Shown here: piece after piece, positions 35,176 through 48,490 of the stretch
How the letters are laid out: every line of letters starts with the position of its first letter
Numbering within the stretch: position 1 is the stretch's first letter
Assembly: GCA_030390025.1 (NCBI GenBank)
Contig: CM059430.1
Coordinates: 57,536,001 to 57,600,000, forward strand
Origin: Squalus acanthias
Lineage: Eukaryota
DNA length: 64,000 nt
Reading direction: 5' to 3'
Made by a program: the position numbers and the translations under genes
The notes under the pieces: model-generated
Database searches by the model: none
Told to the model about the DNA's origin: nothing
The model's input: only the letters and a program-made list of their open reading frames with translations

Positions 35176-37315
35176 CAATTAGAACAGTTCGACATTCTTT
35201 AACACTTAACGTGCACCTGCTTAAGACTCAGTATGTTGCTTAATGTCCTCCTTTGACCCCTTGTCAGTGTCTCCTTTTCTCTTTCGCAAATCTTGTGACC
35301 AAAACTGGTCACAATTCAAATATGCTCTCCTCACTGTTTTTTAGTCAGCATAACTTATCTGAATCTCGGAGATTCTCTTTCTACCTTTGAACATCTCTTT
35401 ACCTTGGTAATTGCTACATTCTACAAGTTCTACATTCAATTGTTTGGTTAGTTAGTACTCAAAGTCAACAGTGATGGATCTATCCATCTAACTGCAATGA
35501 TTTTTTTTAAACATCCAGGTAATTTGAAACCTTGTCAGATTATGTGAGCACATGTTTATATGAAGGGCAGAAGGCAAGGGACTGGACGTTTCCAGAAATA
35601 GTTCACACAATAGTCAGTTGCAAAACTCACCAGCACTACAAGTGGCTGGGTTCAATTGGCCACAATGAGCTGTTTATTTTCTATTAACCGCCAGTTCCTT
35701 TTGTGTCCTATTTACAGCTACAAAGAGCTACAAGGTGCTTATTCAATGTTAAAAATGTTTCTATTCAGTTTGTCCCCATTTTGTTTGCATTGTGACTACT
35801 TTATGCAGAGGTCATCTGATGGGCCCCTGCACAGTTTCCAGTTATCGTTGAAGCTGGAACTGAAGCATGAGGTCAGAGTAGCTGTGTGGCAAGTCAAGAT
35901 GGTGCCATTTTGCTGGGAATTATCCCATTTTAGGTTTTCTCTCTTACCCTTCAGCCTAGACTCAGATCCCTGTCTCTTCCCCCGCCCCGCCAAAACATTA
36001 ACCTGCCAGCTTACTGTGTCTGCATCTCCCTCCATCTCAACCTTGCTCAGTCTCCCACTTGGTCTTTCCTGGTCCTGTCCAATTTTCTTCAGTTCTCTTC
36101 TCTCCTGAACTTTCCTGCCTCTTCATCTTTACATTAATATTAACGTCTTTGCCTTTGTGATGTATGTAGAGGTTGCACAAAAAAATTAGGGTATCGCCAA
36201 GATCTACATGTGACATTGGATGTATAAATAGAAGATACTGCACCTTCTTGTATATCTTTTTTTTGCATTGGCAAAGGCCTGGCAGTGCCTCCCCTTCGCT
36301 CCCATTTAAGTTACGGTGCTGATGCCAAGTGGGAAAATAGTAAAGTGGAGAGGCAATAACCAAAAAGGAATACATTTGAGCCAGTATGGTAACAGTTGGG
36401 GCTTTGTTACTGTTATAAGTTTGCCTTAGATATTCTCTAGGGTACAGTGGTGCTGGTCATTTCTAGAAGTGGTCTGAACAACTTGCATTCAGGAGTGTGC
36501 CCCTACTGCCCGATATTTAATTATACGATAGCGTAAACCTGAGGGGGTAAATATAGGACCCCCCCTTGTGATCTGAACTGGATATTGTGCACTTCACACA
36601 CAGCCCCATGTGCCCTTTTCCAATGTTTGAGCTCAAACTGAGCAACACTGTGAGAAGAGGCCAGATACCAATCATTAAACTGCTTTATTTTAGACAGGAA
36701 GTGAAATTACAGAGTAACATAGGTCCTCGAATATCGCCTTGATTCAACTAACCCGCCACAAGTACAGGAAATGGGCCACACAATCCCCATTAGTGGGCTT
36801 GCTTGACTTTTTCTGGTCAGCCTTGCTGATTCTAACTGGCTGTGGGCTGGTGATGAAATTCCCCCTCACTAGGCCAGGCTTCCTCCTCAGAGCTAGCTGG
36901 TTTTACTCACTGCCCGCGTATCTCTTTGTCCTTTTCTCGGTCCATGTGGCCGGCCAGTGAGAGGGGGACTGTCTGTCTAACATCTTTTTCATTCAGTGAT
37001 TTCCCAGTAAGTACGACCAGCTGCCTCTCCTCTCCGGGTTAAAAGAAAACATGAATAGAATTATCGAATTCAGCCTGGCTGAATGGGCCTGGGACGAGAC
37101 AACTGACCCTCATTGTCCCAGTGTGACGGATACTGTAGGCCATAACCTTCCACAACCTGGCTCATCTAGCTTTAATAAACAGCTACAACGCCAGCAGCTT
37201 TTTAAAAATTTAAACCTGTGTGAATACATTTGGTTTTAAAACACAAACATAGCTCAATTCTGAATCATTTCTGTGAAGAAAAAAGATCAAAAATCCTAAA
37301 GCACACGACAGTTAC

Positions 37316-37465
37316 CTTTCGGTACGACTCCACCTTTTGTGTCATTATCCTGCCAAGCTGCTCTTCATAAGGTCCGCATTCCTCCCGCTTCAACTGGGCA
37401 AGTTGCCGCACCTCCTGCCAGGGCCACTCCTTTGCGCACTTGGGACAGTTAAACGTGAAGCGACC
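37316..37465 (-). CDS. RBR-like gene exon 3 (GRFTFNCPKCAKEWPWQEVRQLA...ESYRK)
   Basis: ctctgtag acceptor, AAG|gtaac donor, 150 nt, phase 0-0; family motif CP..C.KEW...EVR.LA.L. Confidence 0.88.
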
Positions 37466-38681
37466 CTACAGAGAATCAACTGTTGTATTAAAGCTGCTGC
37501 ATCCCATCGTTCTGAGCTCGTCCAGTACCCAAACGGCCAAAAATGGAAAGCTACCAGAACTCAAATTCTTGTAACCATCTACTGTGCACCACTTACAGTG
37601 AGATATAAATAATGAATATGCCAGGGTAACATGCAGACTTAACAAATCCAGAGTCTCTCTTGTTTTTAATATACAGAGCAATGGAAACCTTAAGAGTGAG
37701 TTACGGGCTGGAATCTAATGGTGGCGTTTAGACAATTTATACATAGAATGTACATTAGAAGGTGTAATCTAATGGAGGTATTCAGAGCCCTTACATATAT
37801 AAAAAAGGCAAGAACATCTCATGTGGCATATTTCCTGCTGCAATCATAATTTTGCTGCCAATATGGGATTGCTAACCATCGCTGGGCCAGTGTAGATGCA
37901 TATTTGAAAGAGCGATGAATGAACTTGCAGTTAGAATCATAGAATGGAATGGTTACAGCACGGAAGAAGGCCATTCGGCTCGTCGAGCCAAATAGCACCC
38001 TTCATGTCCTCGGGAAGTTAACAATTTTGTTGCAGCGACTGGCCTTTCTATGATATAATACTGGGGACAAATGCAAAAATACACTGAGTACAAGGAGCCA
38101 AGCAAAGCAGCACCCAGATACAAACAAAGCTTCAGAAGTCGAGCAAATGCCTTGCAGTCCCACAGGTTGTATTTTGAAAGTACCCGCTCATGCTAGTTTT
38201 GTGAATGTGCGTACATATAACATCTTGGCACCACACTGTGGGATAGTTTTATAACAATGTTGCATTGATTGCAGTTATCCTGCAGCTGAAGTACATCTCT
38301 AGGAATGCAATTCAAGGTTCTAAGTAATCGTAGGCACGGAATGTTAATCCTCCGAGGAGAACATTTCACTGGGCATCTCAGTGGTCCTGGTGGAGTTGCT
38401 GAACATCTTCACCAACTTTGAAAATATTGGACTGAATGAGACTAGATATTTACCCATTCCCCCTCTAATCCATGCCTCTGATCTCTTCCATACTTGGTAA
38501 TTTACTCCAAGCCATAAAGATGACTGATGGGGATGTGGAGAAAGTCACACTGCTGAAATAGGGCAAAACAGTTGTTTTCCCTTCTATCATCCACCCCCTC
38601 CACTGTAACAGACCAGCCTTGAAGCTGCAAATTCATGTGCCCAGCACTTGAAAAAATAATTCTGACCTGCTGTGAACTCAC

Positions 38682-38758
38682 CTCATCTAGAAGTGCCTTA
38701 CACCATTCATTCAGACCCTTGGACTTTACCATGTGACCACAGGATGCTTCATGCCCTC
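38682..38758 (-). CDS. RBR-like gene exon 2 (GHEASCGHMVKSKGLNEWCKALLDE)
   Basis: ctcttgtag acceptor, GAG|gtgagt donor, phase 1-0; SCGH...L..WC..LLD RING1 remnant. Confidence 0.85.
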
Positions 38759-39184
38759 CTACAAGAGAGAACAGGCGTGGCTTGAAACAAATAATTCACA
38801 ATTAATTCAAACTCTTGAAAATCTGAGCACTGTACTTCTAACCAAAATCAGCTGCTTAACTGAAAATAGTAAAATTAATTTCATTCTGCTGTACTCAGAC
38901 ATCCACAGGTCTTCTGACTTAACCAGTCTCTTTGCAAACCCTTCCTAAACAATGTCACTATTTGGATATGTTGGCTGTCTTTACTTAGGGCCATTCGGTG
39001 GTACTACAGAGAGCCAAGATAGGATCTTCCCCACCTCCCACTATAGAGGCCCAAAGCAGTCTCCAGTCAGCACATCCCTACTAAATTGCAGCTTGTATTT
39101 TTCACTTACCAGTGGTGGGGAGGGGAAAATACTCCATGGCATGGCAACAGGCTCAGTAGTGGGACCACTACCATTTCTAATTTA

Positions 39185-40350
39185 TGAACTTCAATACAGA
39201 TAAGTGCGAGGTAATACATTTTGGTAGGAAGAATAAGGAGGCCACATACTCCTTGGAAAATAAGTGTCTAAATGTGGTAGATGAGCAGAGGGATCTAGGA
39301 GTACAGATACAGTTCACTAAAAGTAACGATGCAGTTAATAAGGCCATAAAAAGCAAACTAAAGCACGGGGGTTCATTTCTAGAGAGAGAGTTGAAAAGCA
39401 GAAAAGTTATGTTAAATTTGTATAGAACCTTGATTAGACCACACTTGGAGTACTGTGAACAGTTCTGGTCTCCATATTATAAAAAGGATATAGAGGCACT
39501 GGAGAAGGTGCAAAAAAGATTTACTAGAATGATACCAGAACTGAGAGGTTATACCTATCAGGAAAGATTGAACAGGCTGGGGCTCTTTTCTCTAGAGAAG
39601 ATTGAAGGGTGACCTGATCGAGGTCTTCAAGATTATGAAAGGATTTGATAGGGTAGACGTAGAGAAGATGTTTCCACTTGCGATCAAGACCAGAACTAGG
39701 GGCCATAATTATAAGATAGTCACTAATAAAATCCAATAGGGAATTCATAGAGTCATAGAGTTATACAGCACAGAAAGAGGCCCTTCGGCCTATCATGTCC
39801 GTGCCGGCCATCAAGCCCTGCCTATTCTAATCCCATTTTCCAGCACTTGGTCCGTAGCCTTGTATGCTATGGCGTTTCAAGTGCTCATCTAAATGCTTCT
39901 TGAATGTTGTGAGGGTTCCTGCCTCTACCACCCTTTCAGGCAGTGAGTTCCAGATTCCAACCACCCTCTGGGTGAAAAACTTTTTGCTCAAATCCCCTCT
40001 AAACCTCCTGCCCCTTACCTTGAAACTATGCCCCCTGGTTATTGACCCCTCTACTAAGGGGAACAGTTCCTTTCTATCTACCCTATCTATGCCCCTCATA
40101 ATTTTGTACAGGAGAAACTTCTTTACCCAGAGAGTGGTTAGAATGTGGAACTCACTACCACAGGGAGTAGTTGAGGTGAATAGCATAGATGCATTCAAGG
40201 GGAAGCTAGATAAGCACATGAGGGACAAAGGAATAGAAGGATATGTTGATGGGGTTAGAAGAAGGGTAGGAGGAGGCTTGTGTGGAGCAGAAACACCAGC
40301 ATGGACCTGTTGAGCCAAATGGTCGGTTTCACTGCTGTAAATACCTTGTA
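39185..40350 (+). mobile_element. CR1 3' fragment interrupted by an antisense CR1 3' fragment (~39748-40108)
   Basis: MNFNTDKCEVIHFG, LIRPHLEYC; inner reverse fragment rejoins at gaattca|ggagaaac. Confidence 0.85.
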
Positions 40351-40369
40351 ATTTGCATCAATCACTGAT

Positions 40370-41140
40370 TCAGAAACTCAATGCAAATTGACTAGATTTG
40401 CAGCTAATTCCATATAGGAGGGGCACTGGAAACAGAGGAGGCAGTCAGAAATTACAGAATGAGTTGGAGAAAATGTGTGTGTGGGCAGCACAATGGCAGA
40501 AAGAATTTAATGCACACAAGTGTAAAGTCCTACACAGAAGAGAAAATGGGTGTTACATGTACAGCAGGAATGGTTTTGAAATAGCAAAGGGTGAAGTTGA
40601 AAGAGACACAGGAATCTTACAGACTTGATGCTCAACATGTCCAACCAATGCAGAGCAGCAAGCAGCAAAGCCAATAAATAGGATGCTGAACCACATAGAA
40701 AATACAGTAGAATACAAGACAAAAAGTTACAGTACAGTACAGTTCTGGTCAGCGAGATGCAAAGGAGAGATATTCAAGGACTTGATCCAGTGCAGAAAAA
40801 GAGCCATGAGGCTAATTCCTAGTGTCGAAGGTCTGAGCTAATGAGGAGAGCCTGGAGAATCGTGGGCTTTTCAGTCCCCGAGGAGACATCTGAGAATTGA
40901 TCTTTAACCGGCAGACAAAATATTTAATGTAAAAGATAGGTTTAGAATATTATTTTAAACTAAATTGAGGGTAGGACAAGGAGCCAGGAGGTTCAAATTA
41001 GTAAATTTAGAACTGATCAGAATGTTCTTTGCACAAAAGGGCGATCAACACTTGGAAAGGACTGCCAGATAGAGCCTTGGGATTCATTTAAGAAGCAATT
41101 GGATGCTGGAACAGGGGGGCTTTAGGGTCTTTCTGAAGAC
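40370..41140 (+). mobile_element. Old degenerate CR1-like fragment
   Basis: WAAQWQKEFNAHKCKVLH; cagttctggtc; heavily decayed. Confidence 0.6.
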
Positions 41141-42246
41141 TTCAGGGAGCAGGAGGAAAGGCTCCCTTTGTTGCTAATTATTCGCTTAGCACCTCCCCAC
41201 TCAATGCAACTTAGATTTTATACACAGAGAGAGAAGAGAGAGTGGAGGAAGATGGAGAGGCAGTCCTTGAGATTGATGCAGCTACTTATTGAGATTGTGG
41301 TGTAAAGTAAAATCCCAGAGTTGTAAACTCCTTCTCCAGGGCTCCCTGTAGCTGAAGCTGTGTATCCCCTATAATGAATAACGTCTGATTACACACCTTG
41401 TGAACAAGGCATCGCACACCGTGCCACTATGATCTAGAATAGATCACCATGTTACTGCACTCTGCCCCCTTCACAAACTCGGCAAAAGTGTCTCTAAATA
41501 TTTCCAAAGAAATTATGCCAGATCAGGCTGGATGTTAGAAATGAGTCGCATCTGTTATGGAGAAATAAATTATAAACGAGCACTATCAGCACCCATCAGA
41601 AGCTGGATGTACTTATTTTAAACTTTTTCCTTTCCAGGGGGATATTTTTGATTAAGTCCCACTCCTGTACGTTTACTCCAAACATCTGCTTGACCAGTTT
41701 GCAACCAAAAGGACAAACACAGAGCTTGCTGCCAGACTGCCCCAATGCTATCTCAAACCTGCTGTTAGGAGGTGCCAAGGACAGTCAAAACACAATTCTT
41801 CCTTTCAATTATCTCTCTCTCCCCCTGCCTCCCAAGCCCCACCATTAAGGCCCACTACAACCTCCGCACAACACAACCCCACTCAACGTAGCTTGGGTTG
41901 GGAACTAAGCAGCTCAGACCTTATATCAATCCCCATTACATGGCACTAAGATTTAGTGAGCTAGTTACGCTGCACCAGGAAAGGAGTGTTCTTATCACAC
42001 ATCAAATGAACTATTACTTTGATGTAAATAACCACCTTTCAAAATACACAGACATGGGCTCTATTTTTAAATGAGTTACAGGTCTATTGTTCAGTTTTTT
42101 CCCTACCCCATTTTGTGGGGTGATGTTTCCTGCCACTCTTGTTGCAGACAAGTCTCTGGCGTATTTAAAAATATATATATTACCAACTGTCACAAAAAAA
42201 CATACAAGACAAACCTTACAGTTAGTTCTAGACCATCTGTTTTTAC

Positions 42247-42316
42247 CTGTCTCCAAACTCGCTGCAGTGACAAACTGAAATCTTTTACAGGCTGTTTCAT
42301 AAACGATGATTTCCAT
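42247..42316 (-). CDS. RBR-like gene first coding exon (MEIIVYETACKRFQFVTAASLET)
   Basis: aggATGg Kozak context; CAG|gtaaaa phase-1 donor matches exon 2; joined CDS is 903 nt = 300 aa + stop. Confidence 0.65.
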
Positions 42317-42360
42317 CCTTTTGGTATTGCTGCCGAATTTAAAATGCTTGTTCAGTAGTC

Positions 42361-42895
42361 ACTGCTTCAATTTCCCGGAACTCACTTTAATTTGTTTGCA
42401 GTTTCATTCTGACTCAATGCTCTTGATATCATGACAGCTGACAAGGAGCACTTTCCCCACATTTAAAGGGAAACTGTTGCCTGATGTAGGGATCATGCAA
42501 AATATTCCACTAAGATCGTGAACAAAATAAATGAGTAATTTCATATCATGCCATTACACAGCCGATAGTGACGACCACTCCGAACTGTAAAACACCAAGC
42601 AACTAATAATCTAAATTAGTTACAACCAAAACTCAGTACCACAGCACAGACTTCCTCTGGCATTTAAGCGAAGTGTACAAGAAGATTATTTTAGGATCTT
42701 GGGGTGATACATACACAGACTGATGGGAATAGAACAATAGGTTTGGTTGCTTTAAGATTGAGCGTCAGAAACATTTAGATCAATAATTCTGGGCTTCCTT
42801 TGCTTGGAATTTCCCCAAACTCACTGTTGGTCTTTCAGTTTCACTCTGACTCAATGCCCTCAGTCAGGCCAACTGCAGAAAAGGAGTACTTACAC
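42361..42895 (-). promoter_or_regulatory. Duplicated immune-response module: GAS (42372-42380), AICE (42402-42416 and 42839-42853), NF-kB (42806-42816)
   Basis: TTCCCGGAA; TTTCattcTGACTCA; TTTCactcTGACTCA; GGAATTTCCCC, all exact consensus matches within ~550 bp upstream of the RBR ATG. Confidence 0.6.
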
Positions 42896-43311
42896 CTGCT
42901 GGCAATGCTGAGTGCTCATTGTATTCCCCACTAAATCAACTGGAAGTATTTGTCTAATTAAACTCAAGTTATAAAATGCATTAATCTTGCTGGGTTAATG
43001 TTACTATACATCAGCATGCTGTAAGCCTCACTTCTGATAGTGTCTTTAACATAGTGAAACTGCCAAGGCACCTCACAATGGAATTGGACACCAAGAAAAA
43101 AAAAGTGGGGGGCAAAAGTTCGGAATGTTTTGCAAGATTTCCACACCAGGAATCATTGCTCTTAAAAGCAATGGAAGTGCCCCTTTTCTGCTGTCATGGC
43201 ATCAGACTGATAGAGGACATTGAGTCTGAGTGAAAGCACCATTGAAGAGGTGGTGGGTGTGTAAGATTTGGATCACATTTACCTTGTTTCTTGCAGGTGA
43301 AATAAATTTTC

Positions 43312-43535
43312 ATTGAATCTTACAGCACAGGAGGCAGCCGTTCGGCCCATCGTGCCTGTGCCAGCTGTTTGAAGGAGCTCTCCAATTAGTCCCACCCCCC
43401 CCCCTGCTCTTTCCCCCAAAACCCTGCAAATCTTCCTTTTCAAGTATTTATCCAATTCCCTTTTGAAAGTTACTGTTGAATCTGCTTCCACCGCCCTTTC
43501 CGGCAGTGCATTCCAGATCACAACAACTTGCTGAA
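43312..43535 (-). mobile_element. CR1 3' fragment
   Basis: IWNALPERAVEADS...FKRELDKYL. Confidence 0.8.
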
Positions 43536-44257
43536 TATCTCCTCTCAGGTTCTTTTGCCAATGATCTTATTTTGCCGAGGCTTTTGAAAGTAGGGAGAGA
43601 TGTAGCAAGCTGTTAAGAGTTTAAGAAAATTTCAGTGTACAGGAGAATGACAGTTCCAGCATTGATCGTAGATTTTATGAGCAAAGAAAACTGCCGTCAC
43701 TGAGTCAGTGCTGAAACAAAAACGGAGCCAATATTGGAATATTGTGGGGTGCTTAAATAAGCAGTATATTAATTTAATTCTAAACTTAATCCCAGTTAAT
43801 TGGTTATAACCTAATCATACCGTTCCAAGATATATCACCCGAGCCCTGTGATTAGATTATAGCCTATAACTCACTTCCAGCAAATCATTACTTTATACAT
43901 GAAGTCTTATTAAGTGACTGTTTGTAATCTGTTTAACCAGGGAGAATGATACAGCTGCTTTAACTTTGATGGCTTTGCAGTGGGGACAAAGTTTGGCCTG
44001 GTCCGTTCATCGCAGTAATGTTAGAATTGCCTGTAGAGTAGGAAGGGACTGCTACAATGAACTTTAGGCAGGTGAGGTCTTATTTTTGTTTTCTTGCCGT
44101 GACTCTTGACAAAAATGCTTTTCTTTGTCTGTTAGACCATCTGCTTTTTTATTGCTGGACACAAATCACACACAGCTGTAATACAGGTTTTTGCTAACTA
44201 CACATATACATTATGGTCTGGATGCAAGAGGGTCACTCTAAAGTGGCACTTTTTTAA

Positions 44258-45130
44258 AAATTCGTTTTTATGGGATGTGGGTGTCGCTGGCAAGGCCAGC
44301 ATTTATTGCCCACCCCTAATTGCCCTTGAGAAGGTGGTGGTGAGCCGCCTTCTTGAACCGCTGCAGTCCGCGTGGTCAAGGTACTCCCACAGTGCTGTTA
44401 GGTAGGGAGTTCCAGGATTTTGACCCAGCGACGATGAAGGATCGGCGATATACTTCTAAGTCAGGCTGATGTGTGACTTGGAGGGGAACTTGGAGGTGGT
44501 GGTGTTCCCATGTGTCTGCTGCCCTTGTACTTCTAGGTGGAAGAGGTCGCGGGTTTGGGAGTTGCTGCAGTGCATCTTGTAGATGGTACACACTGCAGCT
44601 ACGGTACACCGGTGGAGGGAGTGAATGTAGAGGGGGTGCCAATCAAGCAGGCTGCTTTATCCTGGATGGTGTCGAGCTTCTTGAGTGTCGTTGGAGTTGC
44701 ACTTATCCAGGCAAGTGGAGAGTATTCCATCATACTCCTTACTTGTGCCTTGTAGATGGTAGAAAGGCTTTGGGGAGTCAGGAGGTGAAATACTCGCCAC
44801 AGAATACCTGGCCTCTGACCAGCTCTTGTTGCCACTGTATTTATGTGGCTGGTCCAGTTAAGTTTCTGGTCAATGGTGACCCCCAGGATGTTGATGGTGG
44901 GGGATTCGGCGATGGTAATGCCATTGAATGTCAAGGGGTGGTGTTTAGTCTCTCGCTTGTTGGAGATAGTCATTGCCTGGCACTTCTGTGGCGCGAATGT
45001 TACCTGCCACTTATCAGCCCAAACCTGAACGTCATCCAGGTCTTGTTGCATGCGTGCATAGAGTGCTTCATTATCTGAGGAGTTGTGAATGGCTGTGCAC
45101 TCATCAGCAAACATCCCAATTTCTGACCTT
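44258..45130 (-). mobile_element. LINE 3' fragment (CR1-group RT, distinct subfamily)
   Basis: MFADECT, WADKWQVTFAPQKC, ILGVTIDQKLNW, YKAQVRSMMEY, LDTIQDKAA. Confidence 0.85.
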
Positions 45131-47346
45131 ATGCAACCCCTTGTTGTTTGCAGATCATTCTATTCACTGTAGTCAGTTTGACTCTCACTCAGACAGGCTG
45201 AGAAGTCTTTTGAGCTTTACTACAATGTCAAGTGTATTTGTGTGGACAAACATTCTGTGTATTTGATAACTTGTAAATGGCTGCTGATTTAAATTGAGAT
45301 GCACGGTTGTCTAATGCTCCTGGTTTCAGTATATCTTCAAAGGATGTTCAATGATATAGCTGAAGCTAGATGTGGCTCTATGTGGCCTTTCACCATGTAA
45401 GAAGTGAGCAAGGATCAATATTATATTGCAAGATAATGCAAGAGAAGAACTTTTGTTGCTTTGGCATTTTGAGGGAAATAGTAAAGTTTGTAATTAATGT
45501 AAATAGATTATATCGAGTACAATGGTAAATGAATGTGTCTGTTGGCTTATAGCCTGACAAGAGTCTATAAATCATCTACTTACCAAAGATAAGGTGGTTA
45601 TGCGCAATATTTCAGAATGCCGGAGTACAGAGTAGGATACTCTATTTGATCCCAGGATCTCACTACATTTACCCAGATATTGGGCAGATAAAGATACACA
45701 CTGCTTTGTAGGAGACATGAAGTCTGCTCATGGAGTGTTGATCAATGCTGAACCCAAGTAATATACTGAGCATAAAAACTCCCAAACTCAATTTTGACTG
45801 AGCTACAGGCTGGACATGTCTGGTGCTGGAGACTTGACAGGGTATTGCATTTCACTTGTTCACAATCAGGCCAATTGTTTTTCCCCAAATATCCATACCA
45901 CTTCTTTCAATATTTTGAAAATGTCATGTGCTCCATTAGATTTAGTTCACTTACCTTAGTATCTCAATGACCTCTTCTTTCCAATGTCTTTCCCAAAAAA
46001 ATGACATCCAAATCTGGTCAAAGTACACCATGGCTCCTGCAGTGTTTTGCAGTGTGTGTGCGACCCTCTGGATTACAATCTCCAGCTGTGGTTTGAAGCT
46101 GCAACATTCTAGTTGCCCTGGCAGTTGTAGCAACACTGATCCAAACACACCCAGACCTTTCTCCTAGTGCTATATTATTTTAAAATAGCAGTGGTCGACA
46201 CCACCTTAGCTCAGAGTTTGCCCCCTTTTAGACTTCTTCCTATATTTCAGAACTGCCACATCAAGGTGTGGAAACAAATCTCAAGATTAGTGATGGTATA
46301 ACGTATAATTATAGAACAAAATTGCCTTGATTGCTATATGTCAAAGAAAATTGCCTTGGAAACAATGCTCAGACCACAAGTTCCAAGCACTTGTGCATTC
46401 ATTAGATGACGTTTCAGTGAGTGGTGTTACACCTTTATCATGGAGAGTGACTCAAAAGCATATTTTAATGAATATCATGCCTCAAAATGCGCATTTGTGT
46501 ATGTTTAAGGTGGTTTGTAATCGGGGTCACTTTATTTTGCTTATAAATCTCTAAATAATTCGACGGCTCATTTGGTAAAGACAGCATGGAACAGTCGTGC
46601 AGATCAGAGGATCCCAGTTTTGAATCTTGGACAGTGAGTGTCCGCTGATCTTGGCTGGGTTGGCACAGAGAGTGCTACAATTCACAACTTGCACTTTTAA
46701 TAGCACATTTACCAAAATAAAACATTTCAGGAGGTGGAAAAAATAAAAATCAAGTATTAATAAATATTAAGTTTAATTTTAAATAGCGTACCTGAATGGC
46801 AGAGATACGAATTAGTTGTGGCACATTCAGTGGCCTCTTCCATTAGTACTATTGCTATCGGGGAATTAGAGGAAAAAAAAGGCATTCTGCACCAGCTATC
46901 AATCGCCCCCTTCCTCTCACCAACATCCTGCTGTACTTCATCACTCTGGCCTCCAGTGTTGCAGTCCTTCCTTGCCCTGCTCCAATTATCCTTGTTCTCC
47001 AAGCTCGCTTGACCTGAAGACTGAACTAGATCTTGATTCTTGCCCTAGATCACCATACACTGGCTTCTGCTGGCTCTTTCTGCAAACTACACGAGACATT
47101 AGAGGCTCACTTCAGATGAATTGCTCGAGAAACATATCTTGACACCTCGCTGCTTACAGGTCGTTCTATTCAATTTGGTCAGCTTGACACTGGTTGGCTA
47201 CAGACGGGCTGGGAGATGTATTTTGAGCTTTACTACAATGTCAGATGTATTTGGGTGGACAAACATTGTGTAATTGATAACCTGTGAACGGTTGCTGACC
47301 CAGAGTAATTATGCGATACATACATGTCTAAAACTCTCAGTATACA

Positions 47347-47770
47347 AGAAAGAAACTTGCAATGCCTTTCACTACCTCGTGACATTGCAAAGTGCTTTAC
47401 AGCCAATGAAGTACTTTTGAAGTGCAGTTGCTGTAATATAGAGAAATGCTGCAGCAAATTTGTGTACAACAAGGAGATAAATGACTAGATAATCTGCTTC
47501 AGTGACACTGGTTGAGGGATAACTGTTGCCAGGAAACTGGGAGAATTCCCCAGCTCTTCTTCAAATAGTGCCATGGATCTTTTACATCCACTGAGAGGGC
47601 AGACGGGGCCTCGGTTTAACATCTCATCCCAACAATGTCACCTCTGATAGTGCAGCTTCCCTCAATACTGCACTGAAGCGTCGGCCTAGATATCGTGCTC
47701 AAGTCTCAAGTGGGACTTGAACCCACAACCTTCTGATTCAGAAGCAAGAGTGCTACCACTGAGCCAAGAT
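47347..47770 (-). mobile_element. DeuSINE-like tRNA SINE
   Basis: Reverse complement of 32270-32700, including A and B boxes. Confidence 0.85.
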
Positions 47771-47774
47771 GCAT

Positions 47775-48490
47775 GCTCAGAGCTGTGGAAGAGCAGAGGG
47801 ATATAGGGGTAGGGGTTGACAGGAACTTAAAAAGACAGCACCTCAAGTTGACCAGGCTGTAAAAAAATAAATAAACAAATTCTAGGTTTTATCATAAAAG
47901 GTATAGAATTTAAAGACAAGAGGTAATGATAAACCTATATAAAACCTTCAGACCTTAGAGTACCATATGAAGTATTGGGGTCCACACTATAAGAACAACA
48001 TTGAAGTATTAGAGGGTACAATGCAGATTCACTGGGATGCTGCATGACTCATGTGAGGAAATACAAATAATACAAAGGGGGAAAAAAAGGGTCTTTTTCA
48101 TTAAAACAATGCATATTACAGGATATATGATAGGAGTGTTTAAAATTAGGAAAGAATGGGGCAGGATAGCTCGAAGCAGACCATTTCCAGTGGTTGAGGG
48201 GTCCAGAATAAGGGGTCATAGACACAAGATTAAAGATAAGAGATTTAGAACAGAGTAAGACAAACTTTTTCCAGAATTGTGAGGCTGTGGAACTGACTTC
48301 CAGGGTTAGCGGTTGAGGCAGAAACTATGTCAACATTCAAGATTAGATTGGACAGGTCGATGAAAGAAAAAGAAGGGATATGGGAAAAGGGTGGCCCAAT
48401 GTGATTAGGACTATTGGTTCATGTGGAGGGTAAACCCTGGCACAGACAGTTTGGACCAAATGACCTGTTCCAGTATTGCACCTTCTATGT
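47775..48490 (+). mobile_element. Old CR1 3' fragment
   Basis: gtggaagagcagagggat; GSRIRGH; decayed. Confidence 0.7.
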
